A stretch of 64,000 nt of DNA from a virus (IMGVR_UViG_3300010049_000009:128001-192000), one strand, 5' to 3'; shown: positions 9,031 through 19,580, counted from the first letter of the stretch. Numbers and translations: made by a program. The notes: generated by a model not told the origin, from the letters alone.

Positions 9031-10079
9031 AAAGGTTAGGATTAATAGATAGACTTACTTTGTATGTCGGGGGTATGCTCGCCGGTGGCGATGTTATTAC
9101 AAATAACAGGAAAGATGATATTCCAATATCTTATACTATTGTCCAACAAAAAGAATTAGGGTCTAAATTAATGCAAGCCCTTAAAAAACACGAAGTTACG
9201 CAGGAAGTTGCAGAACTTCGTTGGCGAATGTATATGATAGATAGGGAAATGGAAAACTACACCCTTGTCAGAGATGGTGTAACAGGTGAGTTAAAGTCTG
9301 TAAAAAAACACCCCGAATTTACAAAACCCACTGTTTTTGAAGAGAAAAACAAAAAGGTGCTCATAGTTCAAAACACTGAACCCCTATCAAGTGGTACGAA
9401 CAACGGAATTAATGATGGTATAAAATTACACGAACTCCATAATATTAAACAGATATTTCCACTATCATTTGAAAGGGGTAGTATATCAAAATGTGAGTTT
9501 GATAAATCGTGTTATCAAATCGTGTTAAAACAGAGTGGAGAGAAGAGAATAAAATATTATTTAGACTTCTATTTCCATGTTATCCCTGATCCACATGAAA
9601 GAATAAAACGCATAACAACCCTTGAATTACAGAAGGTGTTTGATAAAAAATTGAGCATTGATTATGTTGATGAGTGGAACAATGTTTCATTCACAACAAG
9701 AAATTGTTGGGGTGTGGACAGTTGCATTAATTACAATTTAGAATTTAAGAAATACAATGGTATTCAGAAGTGGGGACAGTTTTTCATAGTTCAATATGAA
9801 GTTAAAATGATTAGTAAGGTTGATGAAATTCAACAATACTATGAAGATAATATTCAGAAAGAATATGATAATAATACTCCACGTACTGATAGATACATTA
9901 AACACAGTATAACCGGCGATGATGATTTAGGTAAAGACGAATGGTGTGAAAAATGTCACAAGCGTTTGGATTACAAAAAACTTGAAGTTTCGGATTGGCG
10001 AATAACAAAAGAAATTTTTGAAATTGGTATGTGTAAAGAATGTTTAGAAGAATATTTGAAAAATAAAGAAATGATATGA
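9027..10079 (+). CDS. hypothetical protein with C-terminal CxxC...CxxC zinc finger
   Basis: CEKC...CKEC at C terminus. Confidence 0.7.
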   Translation: MKRLGLIDRLTLYVGGMLAGGDVITNNRKDDIPISYTIVQQKELGSKLMQALKKHEVTQEVAELRWRMYMIDREMENYTLVRDGVTGELKSVKKHPEFTKPTVFEEKNKKVLIVQNTEPLSSGTNNGINDGIKLHELHNIKQIFPLSFERGSISKCEFDKSCYQIVLKQSGEKRIKYYLDFYFHVIPDPHERIKRITTLELQKVFDKKLSIDYVDEWNNVSFTTRNCWGVDSCINYNLEFKKYNGIQKWGQFFIVQYEVKMISKVDEIQQYYEDNIQKEYDNNTPRTDRYIKHSITGDDDLGKDEWCEKCHKRLDYKKLEVSDWRITKEIFEIGMCKECLEEYLKNKEMI

Positions 10080-10699
10080 AAAAGAAAATAGTCATAGGGA
10101 TTGATTTGAATGATGTGGTTCGCGACTACATAAAGCAGTATATAATTTATTTTGACAAGGCTCAAATAGATAAGAGTTTCAACCCCGATAAAAAATTAAA
10201 GTTTGCGGAAGGTGATATGTATTCACCGTTTAAATTTCCTACCAAAAAGGATAAGGAAGATTTTGAAACAGATAATTATGTGTTTGAATTATTAGCTAGT
10301 GCTAAACCATCACATAAATCTCTACCCGGTGTTTTCAACATTTGGTTGAACGACCTTAATGATGAGTATGAAAATAATGTTGAGGTGTGGTTTATTTCAC
10401 CCGGTGAATATCACTTGCAAAGACAAGCAACACTATTCTTTCTCTCGAAGATATGTTCGAGAGTGGAACACATTTGGTTTCCAAAAACTGTTAAGGAAAC
10501 GTGGAATCAATTCGATGTGTTGGTTACTGCAAACCCATTACTTTTGAAAGACACCCCCAGAGGTAAAGCGTCAATAAAAATAAACACCGACTATAATAAA
10601 AAATCGGATTCCACTTACACGTTTAGTACTTTTATGAATTTGATTTCGGAAGAAAATAAAGATTTTACTCATACATTATTAAATCGTTTAACAACATGA
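10076..10699 (+). CDS. HAD-fold 5'(3')-deoxyribonucleotidase-like protein
   Basis: N-terminal IGIDLNDVVRD (variant DxD motif), C-terminal T.YN motif. Confidence 0.6.
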   Translation: MKKKIVIGIDLNDVVRDYIKQYIIYFDKAQIDKSFNPDKKLKFAEGDMYSPFKFPTKKDKEDFETDNYVFELLASAKPSHKSLPGVFNIWLNDLNDEYENNVEVWFISPGEYHLQRQATLFFLSKICSRVEHIWFPKTVKETWNQFDVLVTANPLLLKDTPRGKASIKINTDYNKKSDSTYTFSTFMNLISEENKDFTHTLLNRLTT

Positions 10700-11046
10700 C
10701 ACCCCAAAAAAATGTAAAATATCGCTTGGATATAGAAAAAATTATTAGTTATTGTTCAAGTTCGGAAGAAAAAATAACACAATCTGATATTTCAGAATTA
10801 TTTCAACCTAAAGGAAACAATGGGTTTGATATGGTACAAAGGCAAGTAAATACAAGTACCATTAAAAACGGACAATTAAAAACTTTGGATACTTATAAGT
10901 ATGATATGGTCAAGGGATTAATACATGTGTTATTTGGTATGGGGTTCAACGCCAATGGTATGGTGGAACAACGAGATTTTACAGTTGGCGAATCAATTGT
11001 GTGGAACACACTAATTATATATGAGTTTTTAATTGAAGTAGACTAA
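10696..11046 (+). CDS. hypothetical protein
   Basis: ORF in operon. Confidence 0.65.
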   Translation: MTPQKNVKYRLDIEKIISYCSSSEEKITQSDISELFQPKGNNGFDMVQRQVNTSTIKNGQLKTLDTYKYDMVKGLIHVLFGMGFNANGMVEQRDFTVGESIVWNTLIIYEFLIEVD

Positions 11047-11053
11047 AAAAAAC

Positions 11054-12544
11054 ATGTCCGTAAGAGATAGAAAAGCAAATATATTTGGAAGGATTTCTTC
11101 GTTTAGAACATTCCTTGACTCGTATCCACAGTTGTATGAAATTAATTCGTGGAAGAGTATTAATTTGTCAGGTGGACAAATAGAATTTATGATAGATTTG
11201 TTTTCCGCTCTAGGTTCAACAGAAGAACTTCAAAATGCTATTGCACAAATATTATTAGATAAGTTAGATGTTATTGAGCAGAATGTTAAAGACGGTTTGA
11301 AAAGGTCTTTGAAATCAAACATATGTTGTAACATTAACCCATCGTTAATGAAACAACCGTTTTATTTTTCTATTTCGGAGTTTGATTTACTTAATCTTTT
11401 TCAAATTAACCCCCAATCACCGGCAGGAAAAAGTAGTTATTTTGATGTAAATACGGGGGTTAATTCCAAGGATATGAATGTTTTTCTACATTCTGTAATA
11501 ACAAATAGACCTGATCCTGCTGCTTGGTTTCAATTTACACCAACGTCAGAATATCCACAACATTTGCGGATAAAAAACAGCGCAATAGCCCGCTTTACAT
11601 TTCATGAAACATTTACAATTCCAAACGACGGAATAACACGCGACAACGTTGTTGAAGTTGAGGTTAATCCAAACTACGGCATTTCCGGTGCAGAATATTA
11701 TAGAAATCTAAACGATTGGACTGACGATTATATTGACAGTGTAAAGTTTTTTGATAAAGAAGCATTTGTAGCACAATTAATGGGAAAAATATTTGGTGCT
11801 TATGGTGGGTTGGGTTTATCAACAGAACAAATTGTCTTACAGGAACAAATAGAAACAATACTTGATAGACTTTCGGATTGTCAGGATGGTTATTCAGGTG
11901 AATCAGACGATTCATTTTTTACCTTCGACAACGCCGCATATAGTTTAATGGTTGAAACAGCGGAAAAAAAGAAGGTTGGTTTGTACGAATATGATAGGTC
12001 TACGGATACAGCGGTTCAAATAACATTAGATGATATTACAAAAGCATTTGAAGGATTAGACCAAACCGCAAGTCTTGAAGAAAGAAAAGTAGCGTTTGAT
12101 ACAGGTATGAATAGTATTATGGATCAAGCGGCAGGTGGTAACTCAAATATTAATGAAAACGATAGATTACAATTTAAACGAAATTTGTTAAAAAATCTTC
12201 TGAATGAACTTTCACTTGCATTTGGAATGTTATTGGTAAGTCCGAAGGTGTATATGGTTATATTGGTCAATATGCGCTTAATGGGTATAACAGATAATTT
12301 TGATGTTATTTCATTCCTTCGTTCCAATCTCAATCTTGTGAATGATGTTGTTGGTGCAATCAAAGATGCTGTTTTACAACAACTAATGAATGAAATCAAA
12401 ATAATGTTAAGAAGATTAGCAAAAGGTATAGCAAAAGAAATGATTAACGATAATAAAATCAAATTTCGTAAAACATTAAGGGGTTTAATGCCGTTTGGTA
12501 ATATCGGTGGTACAATAATAAGATTAGGTTCAACACGAAGATAA
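11054..12544 (+). CDS. hypothetical protein, possibly baseplate/virion associated
   Basis: 496-aa ORF directly upstream of the baseplate cluster. Confidence 0.6.
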   Translation: MSVRDRKANIFGRISSFRTFLDSYPQLYEINSWKSINLSGGQIEFMIDLFSALGSTEELQNAIAQILLDKLDVIEQNVKDGLKRSLKSNICCNINPSLMKQPFYFSISEFDLLNLFQINPQSPAGKSSYFDVNTGVNSKDMNVFLHSVITNRPDPAAWFQFTPTSEYPQHLRIKNSAIARFTFHETFTIPNDGITRDNVVEVEVNPNYGISGAEYYRNLNDWTDDYIDSVKFFDKEAFVAQLMGKIFGAYGGLGLSTEQIVLQEQIETILDRLSDCQDGYSGESDDSFFTFDNAAYSLMVETAEKKKVGLYEYDRSTDTAVQITLDDITKAFEGLDQTASLEERKVAFDTGMNSIMDQAAGGNSNINENDRLQFKRNLLKNLLNELSLAFGMLLVSPKVYMVILVNMRLMGITDNFDVISFLRSNLNLVNDVVGAIKDAVLQQLMNEIKIMLRRLAKGIAKEMINDNKIKFRKTLRGLMPFGNIGGTIIRLGSTRR

Positions 12545-12563
12545 TCATTAATATAATAAAACT

Positions 12564-12950
12564 ATGGCATGTAAATATTCAAATAGTAGGATAGCAGACG
12601 AATTAGAAAGAGAATTTAGTTTATATATTCCAAAATTTCCTCGACTACCAACTAAACTATTGGCGTTTGGTGCTGACGGTAGACCGGGATTAAATTCTAA
12701 AAAAATAACATCTGACATAATATCTCAATTCTCTAAAGTTGGTATTGAAAACGGTGATAATGTATGGGAAAAATATACCGCACTTGTAGTTGAAACTCTT
12801 ATTGATGCGATTGTATATGATGCAACAGTATCAGTGGGAATAAAACCAACAGAAATCCAAGTGATAAGTCAGGGTGGTAACGCGGGTGGACCTGTTATTA
12901 GTGTGGGACAAAATATAACTCCGGTTGGTGCTCGTGGAATAATAAGTTGA
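12564..12950 (+). CDS. hypothetical baseplate-associated protein
   Basis: Gly-rich C terminus (QGGNAGGPVISVG); adjacent to gp25-like gene. Confidence 0.55.
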   Translation: MACKYSNSRIADELEREFSLYIPKFPRLPTKLLAFGADGRPGLNSKKITSDIISQFSKVGIENGDNVWEKYTALVVETLIDAIVYDATVSVGIKPTEIQVISQGGNAGGPVISVGQNITPVGARGIIS

Positions 12951-12966
12951 AAATCGTAAATCTAAT

Positions 12967-12974
12967 TATTTATA
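12967..12974 (+). promoter_or_regulatory. putative late promoter motif TATTTATA
   Basis: Upstream of gp25-like gene. Confidence 0.55.
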
Positions 12975-12997
12975 TATAATAATAAGAATTTTTTAGC

Positions 12998-13390
12998 ATG
13001 TCTAGAAACAGAAAATTTTACGATATAAAATTTCCGATCACGCGTGAAGATGATAGTCAGGGGTTTTATCTTGATATGAATAGAAACAGATATGAGGCAA
13101 TACGTTCTTGTATCACACACTTGATTTTTACACCCACAGGTCAGAGATTAAGAAAACCAAAATTCGGTTCTAACCTTGTTAAAATGTTATTTATGCCCAA
13201 CGATAACCTAACACATTCGGATATAAAAGAAGAACTAAATTCTTCTATCAAACTACATATACCAATGGTTGATATTAAAAGCGTTGAAGGTAGAACCGAT
13301 GAAAGTGGAAGAGGATACATCGTGAATATTAAATACGGTGTGAATGAAGGAAACTTTGAAGTAAATGATAGTATAGATATAACAATTTAA
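12998..13390 (+). CDS. gp25-like baseplate wedge protein
   Basis: I..LIFTPTGQRLRKPKFGSNL..LF motif of the GPW/gp25 family. Confidence 0.85.
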   Translation: MSRNRKFYDIKFPITREDDSQGFYLDMNRNRYEAIRSCITHLIFTPTGQRLRKPKFGSNLVKMLFMPNDNLTHSDIKEELNSSIKLHIPMVDIKSVEGRTDESGRGYIVNIKYGVNEGNFEVNDSIDITI

Positions 13391-13394
13391 TGAT

Positions 13395-15386
13395 ATGGCA
13401 GATAATAGTAGAAAAAGAATAAGTGGACTTGCTAGAGGATATAAACAATATGTAGAAGAGTTTTATAGATTCGCAACACAATATTATCCCGATATATTAG
13501 AAACAGTAAATGATGCATCGGTAGGTGGTTTTCTGATAGATTTAAACGCTTCGGTTGCCGACAACCTCTCTAATTATATAGACAAAGCATACGGTGAAAC
13601 ACAATTAGATCAAGCAACTACCCGAAGGGCGTTGTTTTCAATTGCAAGAACAAAAGGATTAAAAATACCAGGCAAAAAGGCGAGTTTAGTTGAGGTTGAA
13701 ATAAGTTGTGAAGTCCCATTAAATGCTACCGGAACCGGACCCAATACAGACTACTATCCTGTTATTAAAAAGGGTGCACAAGCAACCGGCGGCGGCGCAA
13801 CATTTGAGTTATTATATGATGTTAATTTTTCTTTTCAATTCGATCATAATGGTATTTCCAATAGACTTATAAGACCAAAGGTGGATTCTAATGGAACTTT
13901 AATTGGATATACTATTACGAAAAGAGAAATAATGTCTAATTCTACAAGCAAAATTTTCAAGGTAGTTATTAGTCCGAGAATGGTTGTACCATTTATGGAA
14001 ATTGTATTGCCTGATATTAATGTTTTGAGCGTAGATTCTATTATATGTAAAGAAGGAAATTTCAACAGCACACCCACAATGGCGGAGTTTAATGTATTAG
14101 ATGAATTTGTGGATAAGAGAGAAAAAATATGGAAATATTTTGAGGTTGAAAGTTTGTTAGAAGATAAATTATTTTTACCTAAAACATATAATTCTATTTC
14201 AGACCCCGACCAATTACCACAACAGGTTATTGTAACAGAAGAAATTAAAGATATTGATAACACATACACAACATTCAATACAAGTGTTGTTAGGGGAGAA
14301 TGGAGACCAATCAAACATAAATTTGTAACAGAATATACAGACAGGGGGTTTTTCAAGGTGATTTTTGGTGCGGGTGATGTGTATCATTTACCATTAGAAG
14401 CAACACCAACCCAAAAGTTAATGGCACAAATGATCAACAATCAAAATATGGGTATACTACCAACTGTTGGTCATACTATGTGGATATTATATCGAACCGG
14501 CGGCGGTACAGTATCAAATATTGCGCCACACATAATCAATAATTTTTCAGCAAAAGAGGTTGAAATAAAAGGTGAGGTACAACCTTCGGCGGAAAACACA
14601 ATAAAAATGGATAATGTTAAGAGGTCATTATCGGTACGTAATGTTAGTCCTGCCATGGGTGGAAAAGATGAACCTTCTATCGAAGAAATACGTTATATGA
14701 TTAAATACAATAATCTTGCCCAAAACCGCTGTGTTACAATAAAAGATTATGTTGAAAGAATAAATAAAATGCCGGGATTATACGGTACACCATATAGAAC
14801 CTCTATTATCGAAAAAAACAATATCATTTTCATATATGTATTAGGTATTGACCCAAATGGTCATATTACAGATATGGTAACAACCGCTCTGTTGGATAAT
14901 ATAAGCAACTATTTATCCGAATACAAAATGATTGGGGATTATGTTATAATCAAACCCGGTCGTGTTATCAATCTTCAAGCAGAGGTTGATGTAATTATCA
15001 ATAAAGGATACGAAACCAATTCCGTTGTAAGAGCAATACAAAATAAAATTGCTGAATTTTTTGATACCGAAAATCGTAAAATGGGTGAAAACATATTCGT
15101 ATCACAACTAATAAGAGAATTAGTTTCGTTAGATGGTGTTGAAAATCTTATTGAAGTACGATTATATAATATTTACAATGGTGTATACAACACAAACAGA
15201 GTAAATCAACCTGTTATAACAGGACAAATAAACGAAGAGGGTTTTTGGGAACCGGTTATTGATAGTCTAAACAGAGTTCAAATAGATTTGAAAGCAAGTG
15301 ATAATATCATATACGGAAATTCAGACTCAATGTTCGAGATTTTCAGTAAGGACACAGATATAAAAGTCCGAGTTAAACAAATGTAA
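13395..15386 (+). CDS. baseplate wedge subunit (T4 gp6/baseplate J-like)
   Basis: ETQLDQAT..AL..IA..KG, YRTGGG..SN, AMGGKDEPSIEEIR, AQNRCVTIKDY. Confidence 0.85.
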   Translation: MADNSRKRISGLARGYKQYVEEFYRFATQYYPDILETVNDASVGGFLIDLNASVADNLSNYIDKAYGETQLDQATTRRALFSIARTKGLKIPGKKASLVEVEISCEVPLNATGTGPNTDYYPVIKKGAQATGGGATFELLYDVNFSFQFDHNGISNRLIRPKVDSNGTLIGYTITKREIMSNSTSKIFKVVISPRMVVPFMEIVLPDINVLSVDSIICKEGNFNSTPTMAEFNVLDEFVDKREKIWKYFEVESLLEDKLFLPKTYNSISDPDQLPQQVIVTEEIKDIDNTYTTFNTSVVRGEWRPIKHKFVTEYTDRGFFKVIFGAGDVYHLPLEATPTQKLMAQMINNQNMGILPTVGHTMWILYRTGGGTVSNIAPHIINNFSAKEVEIKGEVQPSAENTIKMDNVKRSLSVRNVSPAMGGKDEPSIEEIRYMIKYNNLAQNRCVTIKDYVERINKMPGLYGTPYRTSIIEKNNIIFIYVLGIDPNGHITDMVTTALLDNISNYLSEYKMIGDYVIIKPGRVINLQAEVDVIINKGYETNSVVRAIQNKIAEFFDTENRKMGENIFVSQLIRELVSLDGVENLIEVRLYNIYNGVYNTNRVNQPVITGQINEEGFWEPVIDSLNRVQIDLKASDNIIYGNSDSMFEIFSKDTDIKVRVKQM

Positions 15387-15397
15387 TTTTTTTTCCT

Positions 15398-15405
15398 CTA
15401 TTTAT
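15398..15405 (+). promoter_or_regulatory. putative late promoter motif CTATTTAT
   Basis: Upstream of amidase. Confidence 0.6.
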
Positions 15406-15421
15406 AAAAAAAGGAGGAATT

Positions 15422-15940
15422 ATGTCAAAAAAAGTTAAAAAAGAATTTTTATTCATTCATTGTTCGGCAACACCAGAAGGGCGTGATGCAAGAGGTGATG
15501 CTATTAGACGTGCACATTTATCACCCGCACCTGTTGGTAGAGGTTGGCGACAAGTTGGTTATACAGATATAATTTGGTTAGACGGTACAGTTGAACGTTT
15601 GGTTGAAAACAATGAAGACGGATACATTGATCCTTGGGAAGTTACTAATGGTATAGCGGGTTACAATATGAACTCACGTCATATATGCGTGATTGGTGGT
15701 GTAACACGTGACGGAAAATTACCAAAAGACACTCGAACACCCGCTCAACTTGAAGCACTGAAAAAATATGTGTTAGACTTCTTAAAGAGATTTCCAACCG
15801 TAAAAGTGGGTGGTCATTGGCAGTTAGCCGCAAAAGCATGTCCTTCGTTTGATACAACAGCGTGGTTACGCAGTATCGGTGTTCCTGATAAGAATATCTT
15901 CAAACCTACAATGAAATATACCGTTAGACTCGCAGCCTAA
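15422..15940 (+). CDS. N-acetylmuramoyl-L-alanine amidase (Amidase_2, T7-lysozyme-like endolysin)
   Basis: IHCSATPEG, GWRQVGY, DTRTPAQ, GHWQ..KACPSFD zinc ligands. Confidence 0.9.
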   Translation: MSKKVKKEFLFIHCSATPEGRDARGDAIRRAHLSPAPVGRGWRQVGYTDIIWLDGTVERLVENNEDGYIDPWEVTNGIAGYNMNSRHICVIGGVTRDGKLPKDTRTPAQLEALKKYVLDFLKRFPTVKVGGHWQLAAKACPSFDTTAWLRSIGVPDKNIFKPTMKYTVRLAA

Positions 15941-16278
15941 CACTTTCGCTTTCCGTAATAATAATTTTCTTTTAGAAGAAAATTAATAAGTTTTTCCTTT
16001 TCTTCGCAAAGGGATTTGAATTTCATTACAACATCATTTGGAAGATTAAACCACTCCCCATTCGTATTATATTTATGGTAGTGGCGGTGTATCATTTTTT
16101 CCAATTTGAAGGGGTGTTCCGATTTGAAAAAATCAAACATGTATAAATTGGAATTGTTTCCGGTTTGGAGTTTTTTTATTCGTTTCTGAATACAACCTCT
16201 CGTAACACCAATTTTACAGGGGATAACATCCTCTTCAATTCTATCCCATTCCACAATCAAATACAAATGACCATTCAT
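15937..16278 (-). CDS. GIY-YIG family (T5orf172-like) nuclease
   Basis: GHLYLI...KIGVT..I.KRIKKLQTGN...LEKMIH...GEWF; start trimmed to ATG 16278. Confidence 0.8.
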   Translation of the reverse strand: MNGHLYLIVEWDRIEEDVIPCKIGVTRGCIQKRIKKLQTGNNSNLYMFDFFKSEHPFKLEKMIHRHYHKYNTNGEWFNLPNDVVMKFKSLCEEKEKLINFLLKENYYYGKRKC

Positions 16279-16322
16279 ACATAAAATATGAATATTATTT
16301 TCGGTTTTTAAAGGTTTAGTAG

Positions 16323-16330
16323 TATATTTG
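16323..16330 (+). promoter_or_regulatory. Bacteroidetes-type sigmaA -7 element TATATTTG
   Basis: Matches TAnnTTTG; heads a plus-strand run, 4 nt before ATG 16335. Confidence 0.6.
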
Positions 16331-16334
16331 TTGT

Positions 16335-16532
16335 ATGGATAAAGAAAAATTAGCCGAAGTTTACAGCAAAACACATAGTTCGGAGCCGTACTATGCGTTA
16401 CATTATGCCTTTGTAGCGGGGTGGGATGCAAGAGAAAAAGAGGTTAATAACTTAAAAATGTATATTGATAAATATAGAGGGTTACTCGATAGATACAAAA
16501 ACATAATAACCGACAATTTTGATTTAGAATGA
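16335..16532 (+). CDS. hypothetical protein
   Basis: Short ORF with AFVAGW motif common in phage early proteins. Confidence 0.6.
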   Translation: MDKEKLAEVYSKTHSSEPYYALHYAFVAGWDAREKEVNNLKMYIDKYRGLLDRYKNIITDNFDLE

Positions 16533-16870
16533 AGAAGAAAATAGAAGAGTTAGCCGAAAAACATTTGTCTTCCATTTGGTGGCACGGAAAAACTTCGTTT
16601 CAGCGACATGAAATTTTGGAAACATATTTGGCGGCGTTTAAGGAAGCGCAAAAATGGACTTTGGTAAGAGACGGATTACCCTCCAAAAATGAAAACATAA
16701 TTGCTAAATATATTATAGTAAGTATGGATCCATATAATGATGTGTTTCACCAAACATGGGGAAGAGCACATATTGATTGGAGGGGGGAATGGTGGGTTGA
16801 AGATAGACATTTGGGAGACCCGGATTATATTCATGAAATAATTAGTTGGAAATATTTAGAATACGAATAA
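16529..16870 (+). CDS. hypothetical protein (DUF551-like W..V.D.LP motif)
   Basis: KWTLVRDGLP...IISWKYL. Confidence 0.6.
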   Translation: MKKKIEELAEKHLSSIWWHGKTSFQRHEILETYLAAFKEAQKWTLVRDGLPSKNENIIAKYIIVSMDPYNDVFHQTWGRAHIDWRGEWWVEDRHLGDPDYIHEIISWKYLEYE

Positions 16871-16871
16871 A

Positions 16872-17021
16872 ATGAAAACAAAAACCTTCGCCGAAATGAT
16901 GGGCGAATTAGCGGAAACAGGTCTTTATGTTGTTAGCATAATTGGAATATTATTTGGAATTATGTTAATATATAAGTTAATAACAATAGGTATAGATAAT
17001 TATAGAGATAGAAGACGATGA
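16872..17021 (+). CDS. small membrane protein (49 aa)
   Basis: Manual translation MKTKTFAEMMGELAETGLYVVSIIGILFGIMLIYKLITIGIDNYRDRRR; fills gap, ATGA overlap. Confidence 0.6.
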   Translation: MKTKTFAEMMGELAETGLYVVSIIGILFGIMLIYKLITIGIDNYRDRRR

Positions 17022-17419
17022 AAAAATTAGATGTAACAAGATACAGACGGGGTCATATAGAACAATATGCTATTCATGTATGGAATATGTATATCGGTCG
17101 CCGAATTGATAAAAGACACGGTGCACTACCAAAAGATAGTTATTACGAAATAGGTTTTAGTGGGGATTGGAAAATCTTTTTAAGGTTTAAAAACAAACCC
17201 CGATTTAGAAACTTAATAGTATTATCACTATTATTAACCATTCCTGCTTGGGTATTCGGAGTAATAAGAGGATTGATTGCAGTAATATATTACCTGTTAA
17301 GATATGCGTTTGTTGGTTGGCATATAACAAATATGCGTTTTCAAACAATAAATTTTGTTATGGGATTGTTTTGGCAAATATCAGCAATCATTTTATTTTT
17401 AATATTAATGTTTAAATAG
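17018..17419 (+). CDS. membrane protein
   Basis: Several hydrophobic segments in C-terminal half. Confidence 0.65.
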   Translation: MKKLDVTRYRRGHIEQYAIHVWNMYIGRRIDKRHGALPKDSYYEIGFSGDWKIFLRFKNKPRFRNLIVLSLLLTIPAWVFGVIRGLIAVIYYLLRYAFVGWHITNMRFQTINFVMGLFWQISAIILFLILMFK

Positions 17420-17431
17420 TACATTTGATAT

Positions 17432-17647
17432 ATGGAAGAAAAAAATAATAAATTAGTAGGTAACAACAAATTGTTTTTAAATTTGGGTGCTTTATGTTCT
17501 TCGATAAATGCTTTACCGGAAGGACAACATAAGATAAATATGAATAATATGATGAAGCGTGTTTTAGAAGCAGTTGAAGATGATTATCTTGATTTTGATT
17601 CTGCTGATGCTATTAAAGCATGTGTATTTGTTCCACCAAATGATTGA
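17432..17647 (+). CDS. hypothetical protein
   Basis: ORF. Confidence 0.6.
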   Translation: MEEKNNKLVGNNKLFLNLGALCSSINALPEGQHKINMNNMMKRVLEAVEDDYLDFDSADAIKACVFVPPND

Positions 17648-17671
17648 AATTTAATTAAATAAAAAAAAGAT

Positions 17672-19546
17672 ATGTTAAGTATTAAGCATAAGAAAGCGAT
17701 ATTAGACCTCTTTAAGATGGCAGTCGCAGAAGAAAAAAATGTAAAATGCGAAGGCGCAGAACGTTCTTTGTTGAAATGTGGATACGTGTGTGATAAAAAC
17801 GTAGACACAAAAGCGGTTTTAGAATGGGCGGAAGAAAATCATTTTAACGCTAACGCCACATTTTATCAAACATTTCTTGATGTTGTTTCCAAAACACGAT
17901 TTGAATTGTTTATGGATCAAATAGTACATTATTTTACCACGTACACTTTGGATTCGGAAACTCCATTTATTGTAAATGATACTCCGATAGATTTACAAAA
18001 AATGGATGTGAAATTTATTAAAGCAATAAGTTTTGAAGAAGTAACAAAACGTTGTCAAAATATGTTATATTCCGGCGTGGCGTTAAAACAAGAAACCATT
18101 GAGAAAATATTATTTATTATTGGTACTCAAAATATTGATATTGATAAAGTTAAAAATAGAGAAGCACAGGCAATCATATCTGTAAATATGGGTGTATACC
18201 CAACTAACGGTGAGAGTGCATTACGTTGTTTTATTTACCAAGCGACAGGAAAAACACTATTAATCAAAGACAAAAACACTATTGAAACTTTGAAAAATAG
18301 TAATATTATTATCCCTGATATTCTACTTGAAAGGTTTTCAGAAATCTTTTTTAGGTACAAACCACTGTTTCTTGCATTGAAAAAACACAATCAATACAAG
18401 GTGAATACACTTCGCAGAATGACAAGGCATACTCATACACCATTCAAAGCACCCTTTTGGAGTGAAATAATGACGAGACTTAATACCAACCCCGATTTTT
18501 ATAATGAAATAATTCACAAGGCTACTGAACGTATTGGCGACCTCACAGTTTATAAAATGATTTCATTATATAATCTGTGTAATATGCAATTAAATAGTAA
18601 TTTACCACATGTTATGTATATCATTAGAAATGGTAAATTATTTGTAAAAGATATTACAGATACACCCAAATCCAATTATGCGTGTGAAGCGGAAGAAAGA
18701 AAAATAGCAATTACTTCTTTGAAGAAATTATTATTTGAAAATATTGTAAAAAGGGTTAAAGCAAACGTTGGAAGAGATGTGGTTGAACTACCATTGAGTA
18801 TAAATCTAACTTGCCCAACTTCCGAAAAATCATTTATGGGTGAAATCCCAATGTATTCGTGGGTTGATATGGATTTTGACGATGCTATTATCGGAATATA
18901 TTGGCACGAAAAAGACGGCGCACGAGATTTAGACCTATCATATATTGATAAATCGGGTATGAAAATCGGTTGGAACGCGGGTTATTATAGTAGTGATAAA
19001 ACATTTGTTTATTCCGGCGATATGACAACTGCACCCGAAGGGGCAAGTGAATTACTTTATAGGAGTCGCAATGCGAGTTCGTTTGGTAGTGTGAGGGTTA
19101 ATCCGTATTGTTTTGTTAATGAAAATTATTCTTCGTCATGGGGAAGAGAACCCAAAGGTAAGGCGAAATATAAAGTTTTCTTTGCAAAAGAAAACATAAA
19201 ATTAGAAATGGAAGTCACAAAACGAAGAAACCCAATGCGTGATTCAAATTTCCGTAACTATATGGTAGACCCCGATAATATAATTTATCAATATGAAGAT
19301 ATTATTGAAGGTGAAAAAATACTTGGTACATTTATTGATAACAGATTTGTTTTCGGAAACGCTCAAACAGCAACAAGGCGTGTATCAAAAATAGATAACA
19401 TCAATGGTGCTATGTTAGATATATTTGCGGATTATCAAAAATATTGTTTGAAACTTGATGATGTTTTGAAACACGCACAAGTTAATCTGACGTACACCAA
19501 AGAAAAAGTCTTATCCAAAGATGATATTTTAAAATTATTTCAATAA
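17672..19546 (+). CDS. helical-repeat (ROT/TROVE-like) protein with C-terminal TerD-like domain
   Basis: IGIYW...DLDLS...IGWN...YSGDMTTAPEGASE are TerD-type motifs; N-terminal QIVHYFTTY followed by a long helical region. TROVE-like assignment comes from the known family architecture, not an alignment. Confidence 0.65.
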   Translation: MLSIKHKKAILDLFKMAVAEEKNVKCEGAERSLLKCGYVCDKNVDTKAVLEWAEENHFNANATFYQTFLDVVSKTRFELFMDQIVHYFTTYTLDSETPFIVNDTPIDLQKMDVKFIKAISFEEVTKRCQNMLYSGVALKQETIEKILFIIGTQNIDIDKVKNREAQAIISVNMGVYPTNGESALRCFIYQATGKTLLIKDKNTIETLKNSNIIIPDILLERFSEIFFRYKPLFLALKKHNQYKVNTLRRMTRHTHTPFKAPFWSEIMTRLNTNPDFYNEIIHKATERIGDLTVYKMISLYNLCNMQLNSNLPHVMYIIRNGKLFVKDITDTPKSNYACEAEERKIAITSLKKLLFENIVKRVKANVGRDVVELPLSINLTCPTSEKSFMGEIPMYSWVDMDFDDAIIGIYWHEKDGARDLDLSYIDKSGMKIGWNAGYYSSDKTFVYSGDMTTAPEGASELLYRSRNASSFGSVRVNPYCFVNENYSSSWGREPKGKAKYKVFFAKENIKLEMEVTKRRNPMRDSNFRNYMVDPDNIIYQYEDIIEGEKILGTFIDNRFVFGNAQTATRRVSKIDNINGAMLDIFADYQKYCLKLDDVLKHAQVNLTYTKEKVLSKDDILKLFQ

Positions 19547-19549
19547 TAT

Positions 19550-19579
19550 TTTGGAATAATCAAAAAAAGTGTATATTTA
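19550..19579 (+). promoter_or_regulatory. putative promoter for ncRNA cassette (TTTG...TATATTTA)
   Basis: TTTG at ~19550 and TATATTTA at 19572-19579, a one-base variant of the Bacteroidetes -33/-7 promoter. Confidence 0.5.
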
Positions 19580-19580
19580 T

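Noticed and set aside
15937-16278. GIY-YIG gene as an intron-encoded homing endonuclease
   Set aside because: Free-standing and convergent with an intact amidase; no split host gene or intron flanks
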